Below are positions 9,004-17,907 of a stretch of 64,000 bases of DNA, in pieces; within the stretch, counting starts at the first letter, position 1, and each line of letters begins with the position of its first letter. Location of the stretch: assembly GCA_039190275.1 (NCBI GenBank), contig JBCCYF010000004.1:5422-69421 (forward strand), written 5' to 3'. Origin of the DNA: Pseudomonadota bacterium. GTDB taxonomy: Bacteria; Pseudomonadota; Alphaproteobacteria; Rhodobacterales; Rhodobacteraceae. Position numbers and translations under genes: made by a program. The notes beneath the pieces are model-generated. The model ran no database searches, was not told the origin of the DNA, and saw nothing but the letters and a program-made list of their open reading frames with translations.

Positions 9004-9585
9004 ATGAAACCGCTTGGTGTGGTACTGGCCGGTGGGCTTGCCCGGCGCATGGGCGGCGGCGACAAATGCCTGCTGCCAATGGGCGATGGTGTGCTGCTGG
9101 ATCAGGTCCTTCTCCGCCTTGCGCCTCAAGTCGCCGGGATTGCACTGAATGCGAACGGCGACCCCGACCGTTTCGGCAGATTTGGCCTGCCGGTGATCCC
9201 GGATACCGTTGCGGGGTTCGCCGGACCGCTGGCCGGTGTTTTGGCCGGTTTGGACTGGGCGGCAAAAGAGGGTACCACGCAGATTGTCACCGTCGCGGGG
9301 GATACACCGTTTTTCCCAACCGATCTTGCGGCCCGGCTTACCGCCGCCGCGAGCCCGGTGGGCCTCGCCCTCGCCGGTACGCCCGATGGGCAGCGCCACC
9401 CGACGTTCGGTCTGTGGCCGGTGGCGTTGCGTGATGCCCTGCGCGAAGCGCTTGCTGGTGGCACCCGCAAGGTTGTGGCCTGGACCGATCCCCTGGGCTG
9501 TGGAACAGCCCTCTTTGAAGGGCCGGACCCGTTCTTCAACGTCAATACGCCCGAGGATCTTGCGGCCGCGCAGGCAATTGCATGA
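9004..9585 (+). CDS. mobA: molybdenum cofactor guanylyltransferase
   Basis: MKPLGVVLAGGLARRMGGGDKCLLP is the MobA N-terminal GTP-binding motif. Start at ATG 9004 (alternative ATG 8989). The stop overlaps the mobB start (ATGA). Confidence 0.9.
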   Translation: MKPLGVVLAGGLARRMGGGDKCLLPMGDGVLLDQVLLRLAPQVAGIALNANGDPDRFGRFGLPVIPDTVAGFAGPLAGVLAGLDWAAKEGTTQIVTVAGDTPFFPTDLAARLTAAASPVGLALAGTPDGQRHPTFGLWPVALRDALREALAGGTRKVVAWTDPLGCGTALFEGPDPFFNVNTPEDLAAAQAIA

Positions 9586-10085
9586 AAATGATCGGCGTTA
9601 CCGGATGGAAAGACATGGGCAAGACCACGTTGGTCGAGCTCTTGGTGGGTGAGCTTGTGGCGCGTGGCCTGCGGGTTGCGACCATAAAACACGCGCATCA
9701 CGCGCTTGAGCTCGATACGCCTGGGCGGGACAGTTATCGTCACCGCATGGCGGGTGCGGCCGAAGTGCTGGTCGCCTCCGCAGCCAGGGTCGCCATAATC
9801 GAGGAACTGCGCGGCGCGCCGGAACCGCGGCTGCCCGTCCTCCTGACTCGGCTGCAGGATGCGGATCTGGTGGTGGTTGAGGGATATAAAACCGCTGACC
9901 ATCCCAAACTTGAGGTGTTTCGGAGCGCCATCGCCCAGGGTCGGGTTCCGCTGGCCATGACGCACCCGGGCGTTGTCGGGATCGTTGGCGATGCGCCCGG
10001 CGCCGGGGTACCGGTCTTTGACGCAGGCGATCCTGTGGCCATTGCGGATTTTGCCCTGCGCGCCGCTGTTGCGGTCCGCCGATGA
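9582..10085 (+). CDS. mobB: molybdopterin-guanine dinucleotide biosynthesis protein B
   Basis: 167 aa. IGVTGWKDMGKTTLVELLV (Walker A) and ATIKHAHH are typical of MobB. ATGA-coupled on both sides. Confidence 0.9.
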   Translation: MKMIGVTGWKDMGKTTLVELLVGELVARGLRVATIKHAHHALELDTPGRDSYRHRMAGAAEVLVASAARVAIIEELRGAPEPRLPVLLTRLQDADLVVVEGYKTADHPKLEVFRSAIAQGRVPLAMTHPGVVGIVGDAPGAGVPVFDAGDPVAIADFALRAAVAVRR

Positions 10086-11350
10086 CGGTCCCGCCGCTAA
10101 AGAATGACTGTTTCGCCCTGCCTCCTGGCGTGGAGTGGACACCAGTGGATAGTGCCCTCGCGCAACTGCGCGACGGGCTTTCGGCAATGACGGATCATGA
10201 AGTGGTGTCCGTGCATGATGCTCTTGGCCGGGTCCTGGCTGCGCCTGTCCGTGCCGCCCGGGCCCATCCGCCATACGCCAACGCGGCCGTGGACGGCTAT
10301 GGATTTGCCCATGATAGCCTTGCCTCCGCCGGTTCGGGTGACATCGCCGTTTTGCCGCTGATCCCGGGCCGCGCCGCTGCTGGTGCGCCGTTTAACGGGC
10401 GTGTCCCGGCGGAGCGGGCGATCCGCATTCTGACAGGAGCCATGATCCCTGCGGGTGTCGATACCGTGGTTTTGGAGGAGGATGTGCATGTTACCGACGA
10501 CACGGTGACGCTCCGCACGGGCCTCAAACCCGGCGCGAACACCCGACGCGCGGGTGAAGACATGGACGTCGATGCACGGGCGCTTGATGCTGGTTTGCGG
10601 CTGCGCCCGCAGGACCTTGGGCTGGCGGCGGCGCTTGGCGTCGGAACCGTGCCGGTGCAGCGTCAATTGCGCGTTGCGGTTTTGTCGACGGGGGATGAGC
10701 TGGTTGAGGCCGGGGCGTCGGCCAAAACCCATCAGATGTATGACGCCAACCGACCAATGTTGTGCGCGCTTCTCGACCGTTGGGGCTATGATGTCGTCGA
10801 TTTGGGACGCGCGGCGGATAACCCGGCCGAGGTTGGCGCGCGGATCGAAGACGGGCGCGCGCGTGCTGACGCCGTGCTCACCACCGGCGGGGCGTCGGCC
10901 GGCGATGAGGACCATGTCTCGGCCGTGTTGCGCCGGGCCGGCGTGCTCCGTACCTGGCGTATCGCTGTAAAGCCGGGAAGACCGCTGGCGCTGGCCAATT
11001 GGGACGGCACACCGATCTTTGGTTTGCCCGGTAATCCGGTTGCCGCTCTGGTTTGCGCATTGATCTTTGCGCGTCCAGCGCTTTCGGTGTTACAAGGCGC
11101 GGGGTGGCCCGAACCCATGGCCATGGTGGTTCCGGCAGCGTTTTCCAAGGCCAAGAAAGCCGGGCGCAGGGAGTATCTGCGCGCCCGACTGACCCCTGAG
11201 GGCACCGCCCAAACGTATCACTCCGAGGGCTCGGGACGGATTTCGTCATTGTCCTGGGCGCAGGGCCTGGTGGAACTGCCCGATGAGGCGCTTCAGGTCA
11301 CGCCGGGTACGCCGGTCCGCTACCTCCCGTTCGCTGGCTTTGACCTGTGA
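10082..11350 (+). CDS. moeA: molybdopterin molybdotransferase
   Basis: 422 aa. MoeA-type N-domain and a MoCF-biosynthesis domain with TTGGASAGDEDH. Confidence 0.9.
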   Translation: MTVPPLKNDCFALPPGVEWTPVDSALAQLRDGLSAMTDHEVVSVHDALGRVLAAPVRAARAHPPYANAAVDGYGFAHDSLASAGSGDIAVLPLIPGRAAAGAPFNGRVPAERAIRILTGAMIPAGVDTVVLEEDVHVTDDTVTLRTGLKPGANTRRAGEDMDVDARALDAGLRLRPQDLGLAAALGVGTVPVQRQLRVAVLSTGDELVEAGASAKTHQMYDANRPMLCALLDRWGYDVVDLGRAADNPAEVGARIEDGRARADAVLTTGGASAGDEDHVSAVLRRAGVLRTWRIAVKPGRPLALANWDGTPIFGLPGNPVAALVCALIFARPALSVLQGAGWPEPMAMVVPAAFSKAKKAGRREYLRARLTPEGTAQTYHSEGSGRISSLSWAQGLVELPDEALQVTPGTPVRYLPFAGFDL

Positions 11351-12522
11351 CCGACCGCCCGGTCCATCGCGCTGAACTGCAATCGGCGCTGTTTTATGCC
11401 GCGATGTTCGGCGCACTTGGGGCGCATCTGCCGTTCTGGCCGGTTTGGCTTGAGGACTGGGGGCTCACCACCGGAGAGGTCGGGCTCTACACCAGTTTGG
11501 GCGTGGCGATACGTGTGGTGGCCGGTCTGCTGTTCCCCGTTTTGGCGGATCAGACCGGGCAGCGTCGGCTGTGGATGGCGGGCTTGTGCGCAGCGGGTGC
11601 GCTGGTCTTTGCCGCACATCTGCTGTTGGACACACGGGTGGGTGTGCTGATCGCGACAATCGTCTCAGGCGCGATCCTGTCCGGAGTTCTTCCCTTGGGC
11701 GAGGGGCTGGGGTCGGGGGCGGCCCGCCACTATGGCTTTCCCTATTCGCGGCCGCGCGCACTGGGCTCGGTCGCTTTTCTGGTCACCAGCCTGATCGTCG
11801 GTGTACTGATCGCCCGGACCGGGGCAAACGCGGCCCTGTGGTGGATCGTCGGCTGCCTCGTCGTGACCGGCGTCCTGGCGTTGAACCATCCCGGCGGTGG
11901 ACTGCCGAACCGCACCGCGCCACCCGGGTTTCGCGAGATCGGTGCCTTGCTGGTCGAGCCGACCTTCGCCCTCTTTACCGCCGCGGCGGCCATGGTGCTG
12001 TCAAGCCATGCGGTGCTCTATGTCTATGGATCTGTCCATTGGCGAAGCCTGGGCCTGGACGAGGGCCTGATCGGTGCGCTTTGGGCGTTTTCTGTTGGGG
12101 TCGAGGTGGTCGCCATGCTGGTATTCGGTCCTGCACTGATCCGCTGGGCCGGACCAGTGGGGGCGCTGATGATTTCAGGTGTTGGCGGCGTTCTGCGCTG
12201 GGGCATCATGATGACGGATCCGCCAACCAGTTGGTTATGGGGTCTTCAGGCAATGCACACCCTGACCTTTGTGTGCGGACATCTGGGTGCAGTCGCGTTT
12301 ATCGCGGCTGCGGTGCCCGAGCGCTATGGCGCTTCGGCGCAGGGCGCATTCATGGGGTTGGGTGGCGGCCTTCTCACCGCGCTGGCGATGGCGCTCGCGG
12401 CGTGGCTCTATCCCCAGTATGGCGGTGCCACCTATGGTATCGCGCTTTTGCTCTCGGCCATTGGCCTGGTGTTGAGCGTCATACTGGCAGGCATCTGGAA
12501 GGGTCGTTTGCTTGCCGTTTGA
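11347..12522 (+). CDS. MFS transporter (MFS_1_like / PPP-family-like)
   Basis: 391 aa, about 12 hydrophobic segments. The GTG start overlaps the moeA stop (GTGA). Confidence 0.8.
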   Translation: MTDRPVHRAELQSALFYAAMFGALGAHLPFWPVWLEDWGLTTGEVGLYTSLGVAIRVVAGLLFPVLADQTGQRRLWMAGLCAAGALVFAAHLLLDTRVGVLIATIVSGAILSGVLPLGEGLGSGAARHYGFPYSRPRALGSVAFLVTSLIVGVLIARTGANAALWWIVGCLVVTGVLALNHPGGGLPNRTAPPGFREIGALLVEPTFALFTAAAAMVLSSHAVLYVYGSVHWRSLGLDEGLIGALWAFSVGVEVVAMLVFGPALIRWAGPVGALMISGVGGVLRWGIMMTDPPTSWLWGLQAMHTLTFVCGHLGAVAFIAAAVPERYGASAQGAFMGLGGGLLTALAMALAAWLYPQYGGATYGIALLLSAIGLVLSVILAGIWKGRLLAV

Positions 12523-12569
12523 GGCGTGCGGGGCGCCATGCCGACCGACCATCATCGGGCAGCGCTGTA

Positions 12570-13490
12570 TCAGGGTTTTGACTGGCCCATCCCGCTGACC
12601 TGAACCAGCAACACAAAAGCGCGGCCCGACCGCGTGTCGAGCAGGTTGAGCAGCGCGTCATCCGCCGCGCCGGGGGCGACCGCAGTCAGCATCTGGTCGA
12701 ACTGTCGCTGAAAGTGGAGCGCCGCATCCCGGAAGATCGGATCGCTTCGGGTCGCGGCTTGCACCGAAAGAAGCGCCTCGCGGTCATTGATCCCGGTCAG
12801 GGGCAACAGCGCAGCGCGTTCGGTTCCGCCGCGGGCGAATTGGCGCCAGTCTTCCGCGGTTGCCGGGGCCGGAAGCAGATCGTCCATGTACAGGCCCAGC
12901 TGCGACAGCAGGTTCAGGCAGTCTTCGGAGGCTTGAAGCAGTTTTGACAACTCACGGCTGGCCAGCGCGCGCGCTAGAACGGCAAATCCCGCCTGATCGT
13001 CTATGTCCTGCGGAAAATTCAGCGCCTGGATCGTGTCTGTCAGGGTCAGCGGCACGCCGTCGGCGCCGCCGGTAAGCGGCAGGTCGCCTTGTTGCGCAGC
13101 GCTGTCCAGTTCGGCCTGAGGCGTCGGTTTTGGGGGCTCGGGGACCGGCGCAGTCGGCGCGGGCGCTCTGATCGCTGTTTCGGCCTTGGTCAGGCGTTTC
13201 TCCTGGGCGGCGAGACTGCGTTCCAGTCGGCCGATCCGCTCGGCCAGTGTTGGGTCCAATGTGGGGGCAGGGGCAGGTCGTTCGGCAACGATCACAAGTG
13301 CCCAGGCCATCGCGACCGGCACAACAGCGACGGCCGCACACCCGATGACGAGCAATACCAGCTCCCAGCCAACCGGATTGAGTGTCGTGACATAGCCGAC
13401 CGCGTAGGCAAGCGTGAGGGCGACCCATATGACAGAAGCGCCCCGGACGATCCGGCGCATGCGGCTCAGCGGTACAGTCGTGTCCTGCAT
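12570..13490 (-). CDS. hypothetical membrane-anchored protein
   Basis: 306 aa. Two N-terminal TM helices, a short coiled-coil (RIGRLERSLAAQEKRLTKAETA), a Pro-rich linker and a roughly 170-aa C-terminal domain. I recognise no family. It starts 22 nt after the greA stop on the same strand. Confidence 0.6.
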   Translation of the reverse strand: MQDTTVPLSRMRRIVRGASVIWVALTLAYAVGYVTTLNPVGWELVLLVIGCAAVAVVPVAMAWALVIVAERPAPAPTLDPTLAERIGRLERSLAAQEKRLTKAETAIRAPAPTAPVPEPPKPTPQAELDSAAQQGDLPLTGGADGVPLTLTDTIQALNFPQDIDDQAGFAVLARALASRELSKLLQASEDCLNLLSQLGLYMDDLLPAPATAEDWRQFARGGTERAALLPLTGINDREALLSVQAATRSDPIFRDAALHFQRQFDQMLTAVAPGAADDALLNLLDTRSGRAFVLLVQVSGMGQSKP

Positions 13491-13512
13491 CTTCGCATCG
13501 AAGCCCCCCGGA

Positions 13513-13983
13513 TTAGACGTAAAGGATCTCCAGAATCTCGTAATCCTTTGTACCGCCCGGCGTCTTCACCTCGACACTATCCCCGATTTCCTTGCCGATC
13601 AGCGCGCGGGCCAGTGGCGACTTGATGTTGAGGCGGCCATTCTCAATGTCCGCCTCAGCTTCTCCTACAATCTGGTAGGACTTTTCCACGTCGGTTTCCT
13701 CATCCACGATCCGAACTGTCGCGCCAAACTTGATTGCGCCGGACATCTTGGAGGTGTCTATGACATCTGCGCGCCCCAGGATTCCCTCAAGCTCGGCGAT
13801 ACGACCTTCGGTATGGCTTTGTTGTTCACGGGCGGCATGGTACTCGGCATTCTCGGACAGGTCACCGTGCTCGCGCGCTTCGGCAATGGCGCGGATGATG
13901 TTTGGGCGCGTTTCGGACTTCAATTGCTTCAGCTCGGCATCGAGCTTGGCGAAACCCTGTTTGGTGAGCGGGATTTTTTCCAA
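13513..13983 (-). CDS. greA: transcription elongation factor GreA
   Basis: [21 protein letters not shown]...[16 protein letters not shown] is canonical GreA. Start set at TTG 13983, giving the usual 157 aa; the 195-aa ORF extension has no GreA-like sequence. Confidence 0.93.
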   Translation of the reverse strand: MEKIPLTKQGFAKLDAELKQLKSETRPNIIRAIAEAREHGDLSENAEYHAAREQQSHTEGRIAELEGILGRADVIDTSKMSGAIKFGATVRIVDEETDVEKSYQIVGEAEADIENGRLNIKSPLARALIGKEIGDSVEVKTPGGTKDYEILEILYV

Positions 13984-14178
13984 CGTTCTGTCCTTGGTCG
14001 TACCACTAACATCGAAAAGAGCCGCCCACGGCGGACGGCCCTGATACCGTAAAACGATAGGCAGGCATGCGTGGGAGTTCAAGCACGGTTTGAAGCCCAT
14101 CTTGCGCTGGGTTTAGGGCGTCCAACCGACTGATGATCGTGCAAGAACAGCGTTCATTTTCAGATGATTGGGCAAAAA

Positions 14179-14224
14179 TGATGTACGTACCTCAAAAATT
14201 GATGGACATGAGGTACGTACATCA
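14179..14224. promoter_or_regulatory. two LacI/GalR-type operator palindromes (O1 14179-14194, O2 14209-14224)
   Basis: TGATGTACGTACCTCA and TGAGGTACGTACATCA are exact reverse complements of each other. Each is a 16-bp palindrome with a central CG and one mismatched pair. Centres are 30 bp apart, upstream of the ABC operon. Confidence 0.55.
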
Positions 14225-14249
14225 ATTAGCGTTTGGTCAGTACCAAGAA

Positions 14250-14265
14250 TCGGGATCGATCCCGA
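14250..14265. promoter_or_regulatory. perfect 16-bp palindrome in the leader of the binding-protein gene
   Basis: TCGGGATCGATCCCGA is its own reverse complement. It lies about 30 nt upstream of ATG 14296. It could be a protein-binding site or a leader hairpin. Confidence 0.4.
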
Positions 14266-14295
14266 AAACACAACAGGTCATCTGGGAGGATGCGT

Positions 14296-15615
14296 ATGAA
14301 ACACTCCAAAATTACGGCTGTCAGTGTGGCTGCCCTCATGGCAAGCGGTATGGCGGGTACGGCGCAGGCTGAGGACCTGACACTGTGCTGGGCCGCATGG
14401 GACCCTGCAAACGCCCTGGTCGAACTTAGCAAGGAGTTTGAGGCGGCTTCGGGCCATTCGATGAGCTTTGAGTTCATCCCCTGGCCGAACTTTGCCGATC
14501 GAATGCTGAACGAGCTCAACTCGGGTGGCAAATTGTGCGACTTGCTTATCGGCGATAGCCAGTGGATCGGCGGCGGCGCCGAGAATGGGCACTATGTCAA
14601 GCTGAACGACTTCTTCGACGCAGAAGGCATCAGCATGGATGATTTTGCCGATGCGACCGTTTATGCCTATTCGACATGGCCAAAGGGCACGCCGAACTAC
14701 TATGCGTTGCCGGCGATGGGCGACGCCAACGGCTGGTTCTACCGCAAGGACTGGTTTGGCCGCGAGGATATAAGGGCTGCGTTCAAGGAGGCGACAGGAC
14801 GCGACCTGGCCGAGCCGACAAGTCAGAAAGAGCTTCTTGAAACCGCCCAGTTCTTCCAGGGTCGCGAGATTGATGGGCAAACCGTCTATGGCGCCGCAAT
14901 CTTCACCGAGCGCGGCTCGGAAGGTATCACAATGGGTGTGACCGGCGCCCTGTACCCCTGGGGCTTCAAATATGAAAATACCCCGGGCTCCTATGACATG
15001 GAGGGTGCTGTGAACTCGCCCGAAGCTGTCGAGGCATTGGAATTCTATAAAGAATTCTATCAAACAGCGACGCCGCCGGGCTACACGAACTCCTACATGG
15101 GTGAAAGCCTGGATGCGTTCAAATCGGGTCAGGTGGCGATGGCTATGAACTGGTTTGCATTCTTCCCCGGCCTCTATGCCGATCCGGATGTGGGGGGTGA
15201 CAAGATCGACTTCTTTGTTAATCCGCCGCAGAACCAGGCTGGATCCACCCTGGGCGGGCAGGGTATCTCGGTTGTGGCGTATTCCGATAAACAGGACGCC
15301 GCGCTCGAGTATATCAAGTGGTTCGCCCAGCCCGACATTCAGCAGAAATGGTGGGATCTGGGGGGGTATTCCGCGCATAATGCGGTGCTCGAAAGCCCGG
15401 AGTTCACCGACAGCGCCCCCTTCGCCGGGGACTTCCTTGAGGCGATGGGCGCGGTGCAGGACTTCTGGCAGGAGCCGGCCTATGCCGAGCTTCTCCTGGC
15501 GATGCAAAAGCGGATGCACGACTATATCGTTGCCGATCAGGGCACCGCGAAAGAGGCGCTTGATAAGCTGATCGAAGACTGGACCGAGGTCTTCGAGGAC
15601 GAAGGCAAACTCTGA
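14296..15615 (+). CDS. ABC transporter substrate-binding protein (family 1, sugar/polyol type)
   Basis: Start at ATG 14296, after GGGAGGA. Signal peptide MKHSKITAVSVAALMASGMAGTAQA. Length and composition fit CUT1 extracellular solute-binding proteins. Confidence 0.9.
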   Translation: MKHSKITAVSVAALMASGMAGTAQAEDLTLCWAAWDPANALVELSKEFEAASGHSMSFEFIPWPNFADRMLNELNSGGKLCDLLIGDSQWIGGGAENGHYVKLNDFFDAEGISMDDFADATVYAYSTWPKGTPNYYALPAMGDANGWFYRKDWFGREDIRAAFKEATGRDLAEPTSQKELLETAQFFQGREIDGQTVYGAAIFTERGSEGITMGVTGALYPWGFKYENTPGSYDMEGAVNSPEAVEALEFYKEFYQTATPPGYTNSYMGESLDAFKSGQVAMAMNWFAFFPGLYADPDVGGDKIDFFVNPPQNQAGSTLGGQGISVVAYSDKQDAALEYIKWFAQPDIQQKWWDLGGYSAHNAVLESPEFTDSAPFAGDFLEAMGAVQDFWQEPAYAELLLAMQKRMHDYIVADQGTAKEALDKLIEDWTEVFEDEGKL

Positions 15616-15623
15616 GGTGCGAA

Positions 15624-15652
15624 CCCTCTCCCGGCGATGCGCCGGGGGAGGG
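15624..15652 (+). other. intercistronic stem-loop after the binding-protein gene
   Basis: CCCTCTCCCGGCG-atg-CGCCGGGGGAGGG: a 13-bp stem with one U-G wobble, 9 nt after the stop codon. There is no U-tract. Confidence 0.5.
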
Positions 15653-15762
15653 TGCCTTCAAGGCGCAGCCGCCCGTGTTACACTCGGGCGGACAGGTCCC
15701 CTGCGCCTGCACGTTAGCTTTAATCTGCGCTGTGACGTCAGCGACCCCACGGAACCGATCCC

Positions 15763-16698
15763 ATGGCAGAACCCACCCGAACAGAACCACAGATCTCTAC
15801 CGCGCGTCGGGTCCGGGGGCTGTCGGACCGGGCGATCGCCTGGATCTTTGTCGGTCCGACCATCGTCCTGCTTTTGCTGATCAACATCTTCCCGCTGATC
15901 TGGACCGTGCGGCTGAGTTTCACCAACTTCCGGGCCAACCGGCCCAACCGCGAGGTCGACTGGGTGGGTCTGCGTAACTACGAGCGCATCCTGACTGACA
16001 GCGATACCTGGCTGGCGATGCAGGCGACCGCGCATTTCCTGTTCTGGACAATCCTGTTTCAGGTGCTGATCGGCTTTGCCTTAGCATGGCTGATCAACCG
16101 AAAGTTCAAGGGCAACGACTTATGGACCACCATCATTGTCCTGCCTATGATGCTTAGCCCGGCGGTCGTCGGGAACTTCTGGACCTTTCTCTACCAGCCG
16201 CAGATCGGACTGATTAACTACATCGTCGCCTTCTTCACGGGGGCTGATCCGTCCAGCTTTGACATGCTGGGCTCGGTCAACCTCGCGCCGTGGTCGATTG
16301 TGATTGTGGACACCTGGATGTGGACGCCGTTCGTGATGCTGATCTGCCTCGCCGGTCTACGTTCGATTCCTGACTATATTTATGAGGCGGCCGAGATTGA
16401 TCGCGCCAGCAAGCTGCGGCAGTTTTTTACCATAACCATCCCCATGGTCCTTCCTTTCCTGATGCTCGCGGTGCTGTTTCGCGGCATCGAAAACTTCAAG
16501 ATGTTCGACCTTGTCGTGCAACTCACCGGCGGCGGACCGGGATCGGTCACCGAATTGGCCTCGATCAATCTAAAGCGCGAGGCCTTCGAGAAGTGGCGGA
16601 CCGGCTATTCCTCGGCCTTTGCGATCATCCTGTTCGTCACTGTGTTTGGCCTCGCCTCGATCTACGTGAAAGCCCTTAACAAGGTGAAAGAGCGATGA
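15763..16698 (+). CDS. carbohydrate ABC transporter permease
   Basis: 311 aa, 6 TM segments, with an EAA-loop region (IYEAAEIDRASKLRQFFTITIP) typical of MalF/UgpA-type permeases. Confidence 0.9.
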   Translation: MAEPTRTEPQISTARRVRGLSDRAIAWIFVGPTIVLLLLINIFPLIWTVRLSFTNFRANRPNREVDWVGLRNYERILTDSDTWLAMQATAHFLFWTILFQVLIGFALAWLINRKFKGNDLWTTIIVLPMMLSPAVVGNFWTFLYQPQIGLINYIVAFFTGADPSSFDMLGSVNLAPWSIVIVDTWMWTPFVMLICLAGLRSIPDYIYEAAEIDRASKLRQFFTITIPMVLPFLMLAVLFRGIENFKMFDLVVQLTGGGPGSVTELASINLKREAFEKWRTGYSSAFAIILFVTVFGLASIYVKALNKVKER

Positions 16699-17633
16699 GT
16701 TTCTCTGTCACCGAACCGTCTGACCGGCAAAAGTGGATCGCCGGCACCCTGGTCATCCTTTATGCGCTGGTCACGATCATGCCCTTGGTGTGGATCATGA
16801 TGACCGGTTTCAAAACCCCGCCCGACAGCATCAGCTATCCGCCGAAAGTGGTGTTCCAACCCTCGCTCGAAGGCTACGTAAACCTGTTCACCACCCGTAC
16901 ACGTGTCGGCCAGGAGGCGCTCGACGCGCTGCCGCCACCCGAAACCTGGTACGACGAGATTGTGCGCAACCGGGATATGGTCATCGCGGGGCCGTCGAAG
17001 TTCGGCGAGCGGTTCATGAACTCGGTGATCATTGGCTTTGGCTCCACATTCCTCAGTATCTTTCTGGGCACGCTGGCGGCCTATGGGTTCTCGCGCTTCC
17101 GCATCCCGCTGGCCGATGACCTGCTGTTTTTCATCCTCAGCACGCGCATGATGCCGCCCATCGCGGTGGCCATTCCGATCTTTCTGATGTACCGCGAGGT
17201 TGGTTTGTCGGACACGCATCTGGGCATGATCCTGCTCTATACGGCGGTCAATATCAGCCTTGCCGTGTGGCTGCTGAAAGGCTTCATCGACGAGATCCCG
17301 CGCGAGTACGAAGAGGCCGCTTTGATCGATGGCTACACGCGTTTTCAGGCGTTCTACAAAGTTGTGCTGCCACAGGCGGCCACCGGCATTGCCTCGACCG
17401 CCATTTTTTGTCTGATCTTCGCATGGAATGAATATGCATTCGCCGTGTTGCTCACGTCGGGTACCGCGCAAACGGCACCACCCTTTATCCCCACCATCAT
17501 TGGTGTTGGCGGGCTCGATTGGCCGGCGGTGGCTGCGGGGGCGACCCTGTTCCTCCTGCCGGTAATGGTCTTCACGATCCTGCTGCGCAAGCATCTGCTG
17601 CGCGGCATCACATTCGGGGCGGTGCGGAAATGA
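16695..17633 (+). CDS. carbohydrate ABC transporter permease
   Basis: 312 aa with the EAA loop YEEAALIDGYTRFQAFYKVVLP (MalG/UgpE-like). ATGA overlap with the preceding permease gene. Confidence 0.9.
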   Translation: MSFSVTEPSDRQKWIAGTLVILYALVTIMPLVWIMMTGFKTPPDSISYPPKVVFQPSLEGYVNLFTTRTRVGQEALDALPPPETWYDEIVRNRDMVIAGPSKFGERFMNSVIIGFGSTFLSIFLGTLAAYGFSRFRIPLADDLLFFILSTRMMPPIAVAIPIFLMYREVGLSDTHLGMILLYTAVNISLAVWLLKGFIDEIPREYEEAALIDGYTRFQAFYKVVLPQAATGIASTAIFCLIFAWNEYAFAVLLTSGTAQTAPPFIPTIIGVGGLDWPAVAAGATLFLLPVMVFTILLRKHLLRGITFGAVRK

Positions 17634-17715
17634 CGGTGCTGCGCGACAGGATTTTCATCTGTGCTGGCCTGCCAAAGGTCCATCCTGCACGTAATGGCGC
17701 AGAGAGGTGCCCAAG

Positions 17716-17904
17716 ATGAGCGGTTTTCTGAATGGTCTGCTGAAGTTGCGCCGCGGCCCATGGGAGATTGTGGCGACCGTTCTCATCGGTCTTGGTGTCT
17801 TCATGCTCATGCAGCCCTTCGTTATGTGGGCGTTCACCTACTCGTTTATCACCACCCTGACCGGGACGGTGATGTTCATCATTGTCAGCCATTTCCCGGA
17901 GTAG
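17716..17904 (+). CDS. small two-TM membrane protein, possible accessory subunit of the ABC system
   Basis: 62 aa from ATG 17716 (GAGAGG lies 8 nt upstream); GTG 17707 is an alternative start. Two hydrophobic helices. It fills the gap between the permease and DUF1801 genes exactly. Confidence 0.5.
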   Translation: MSGFLNGLLKLRRGPWEIVATVLIGLGVFMLMQPFVMWAFTYSFITTLTGTVMFIIVSHFPE

Positions 17905-17907
17905 ACG

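Noticed and set aside
9126-10274. 382-aa minus-strand ORF across mobA/mobB/moeA
   Set aside because: It is antisense to three translationally coupled genes with clear family motifs. Its product is Arg/Pro/Gly-rich and featureless.
14278-15519. 413-aa minus-strand ORF
   Set aside because: It is antisense to the substrate-binding protein gene, which has a clean signal peptide and RBS. GC-driven artefact.
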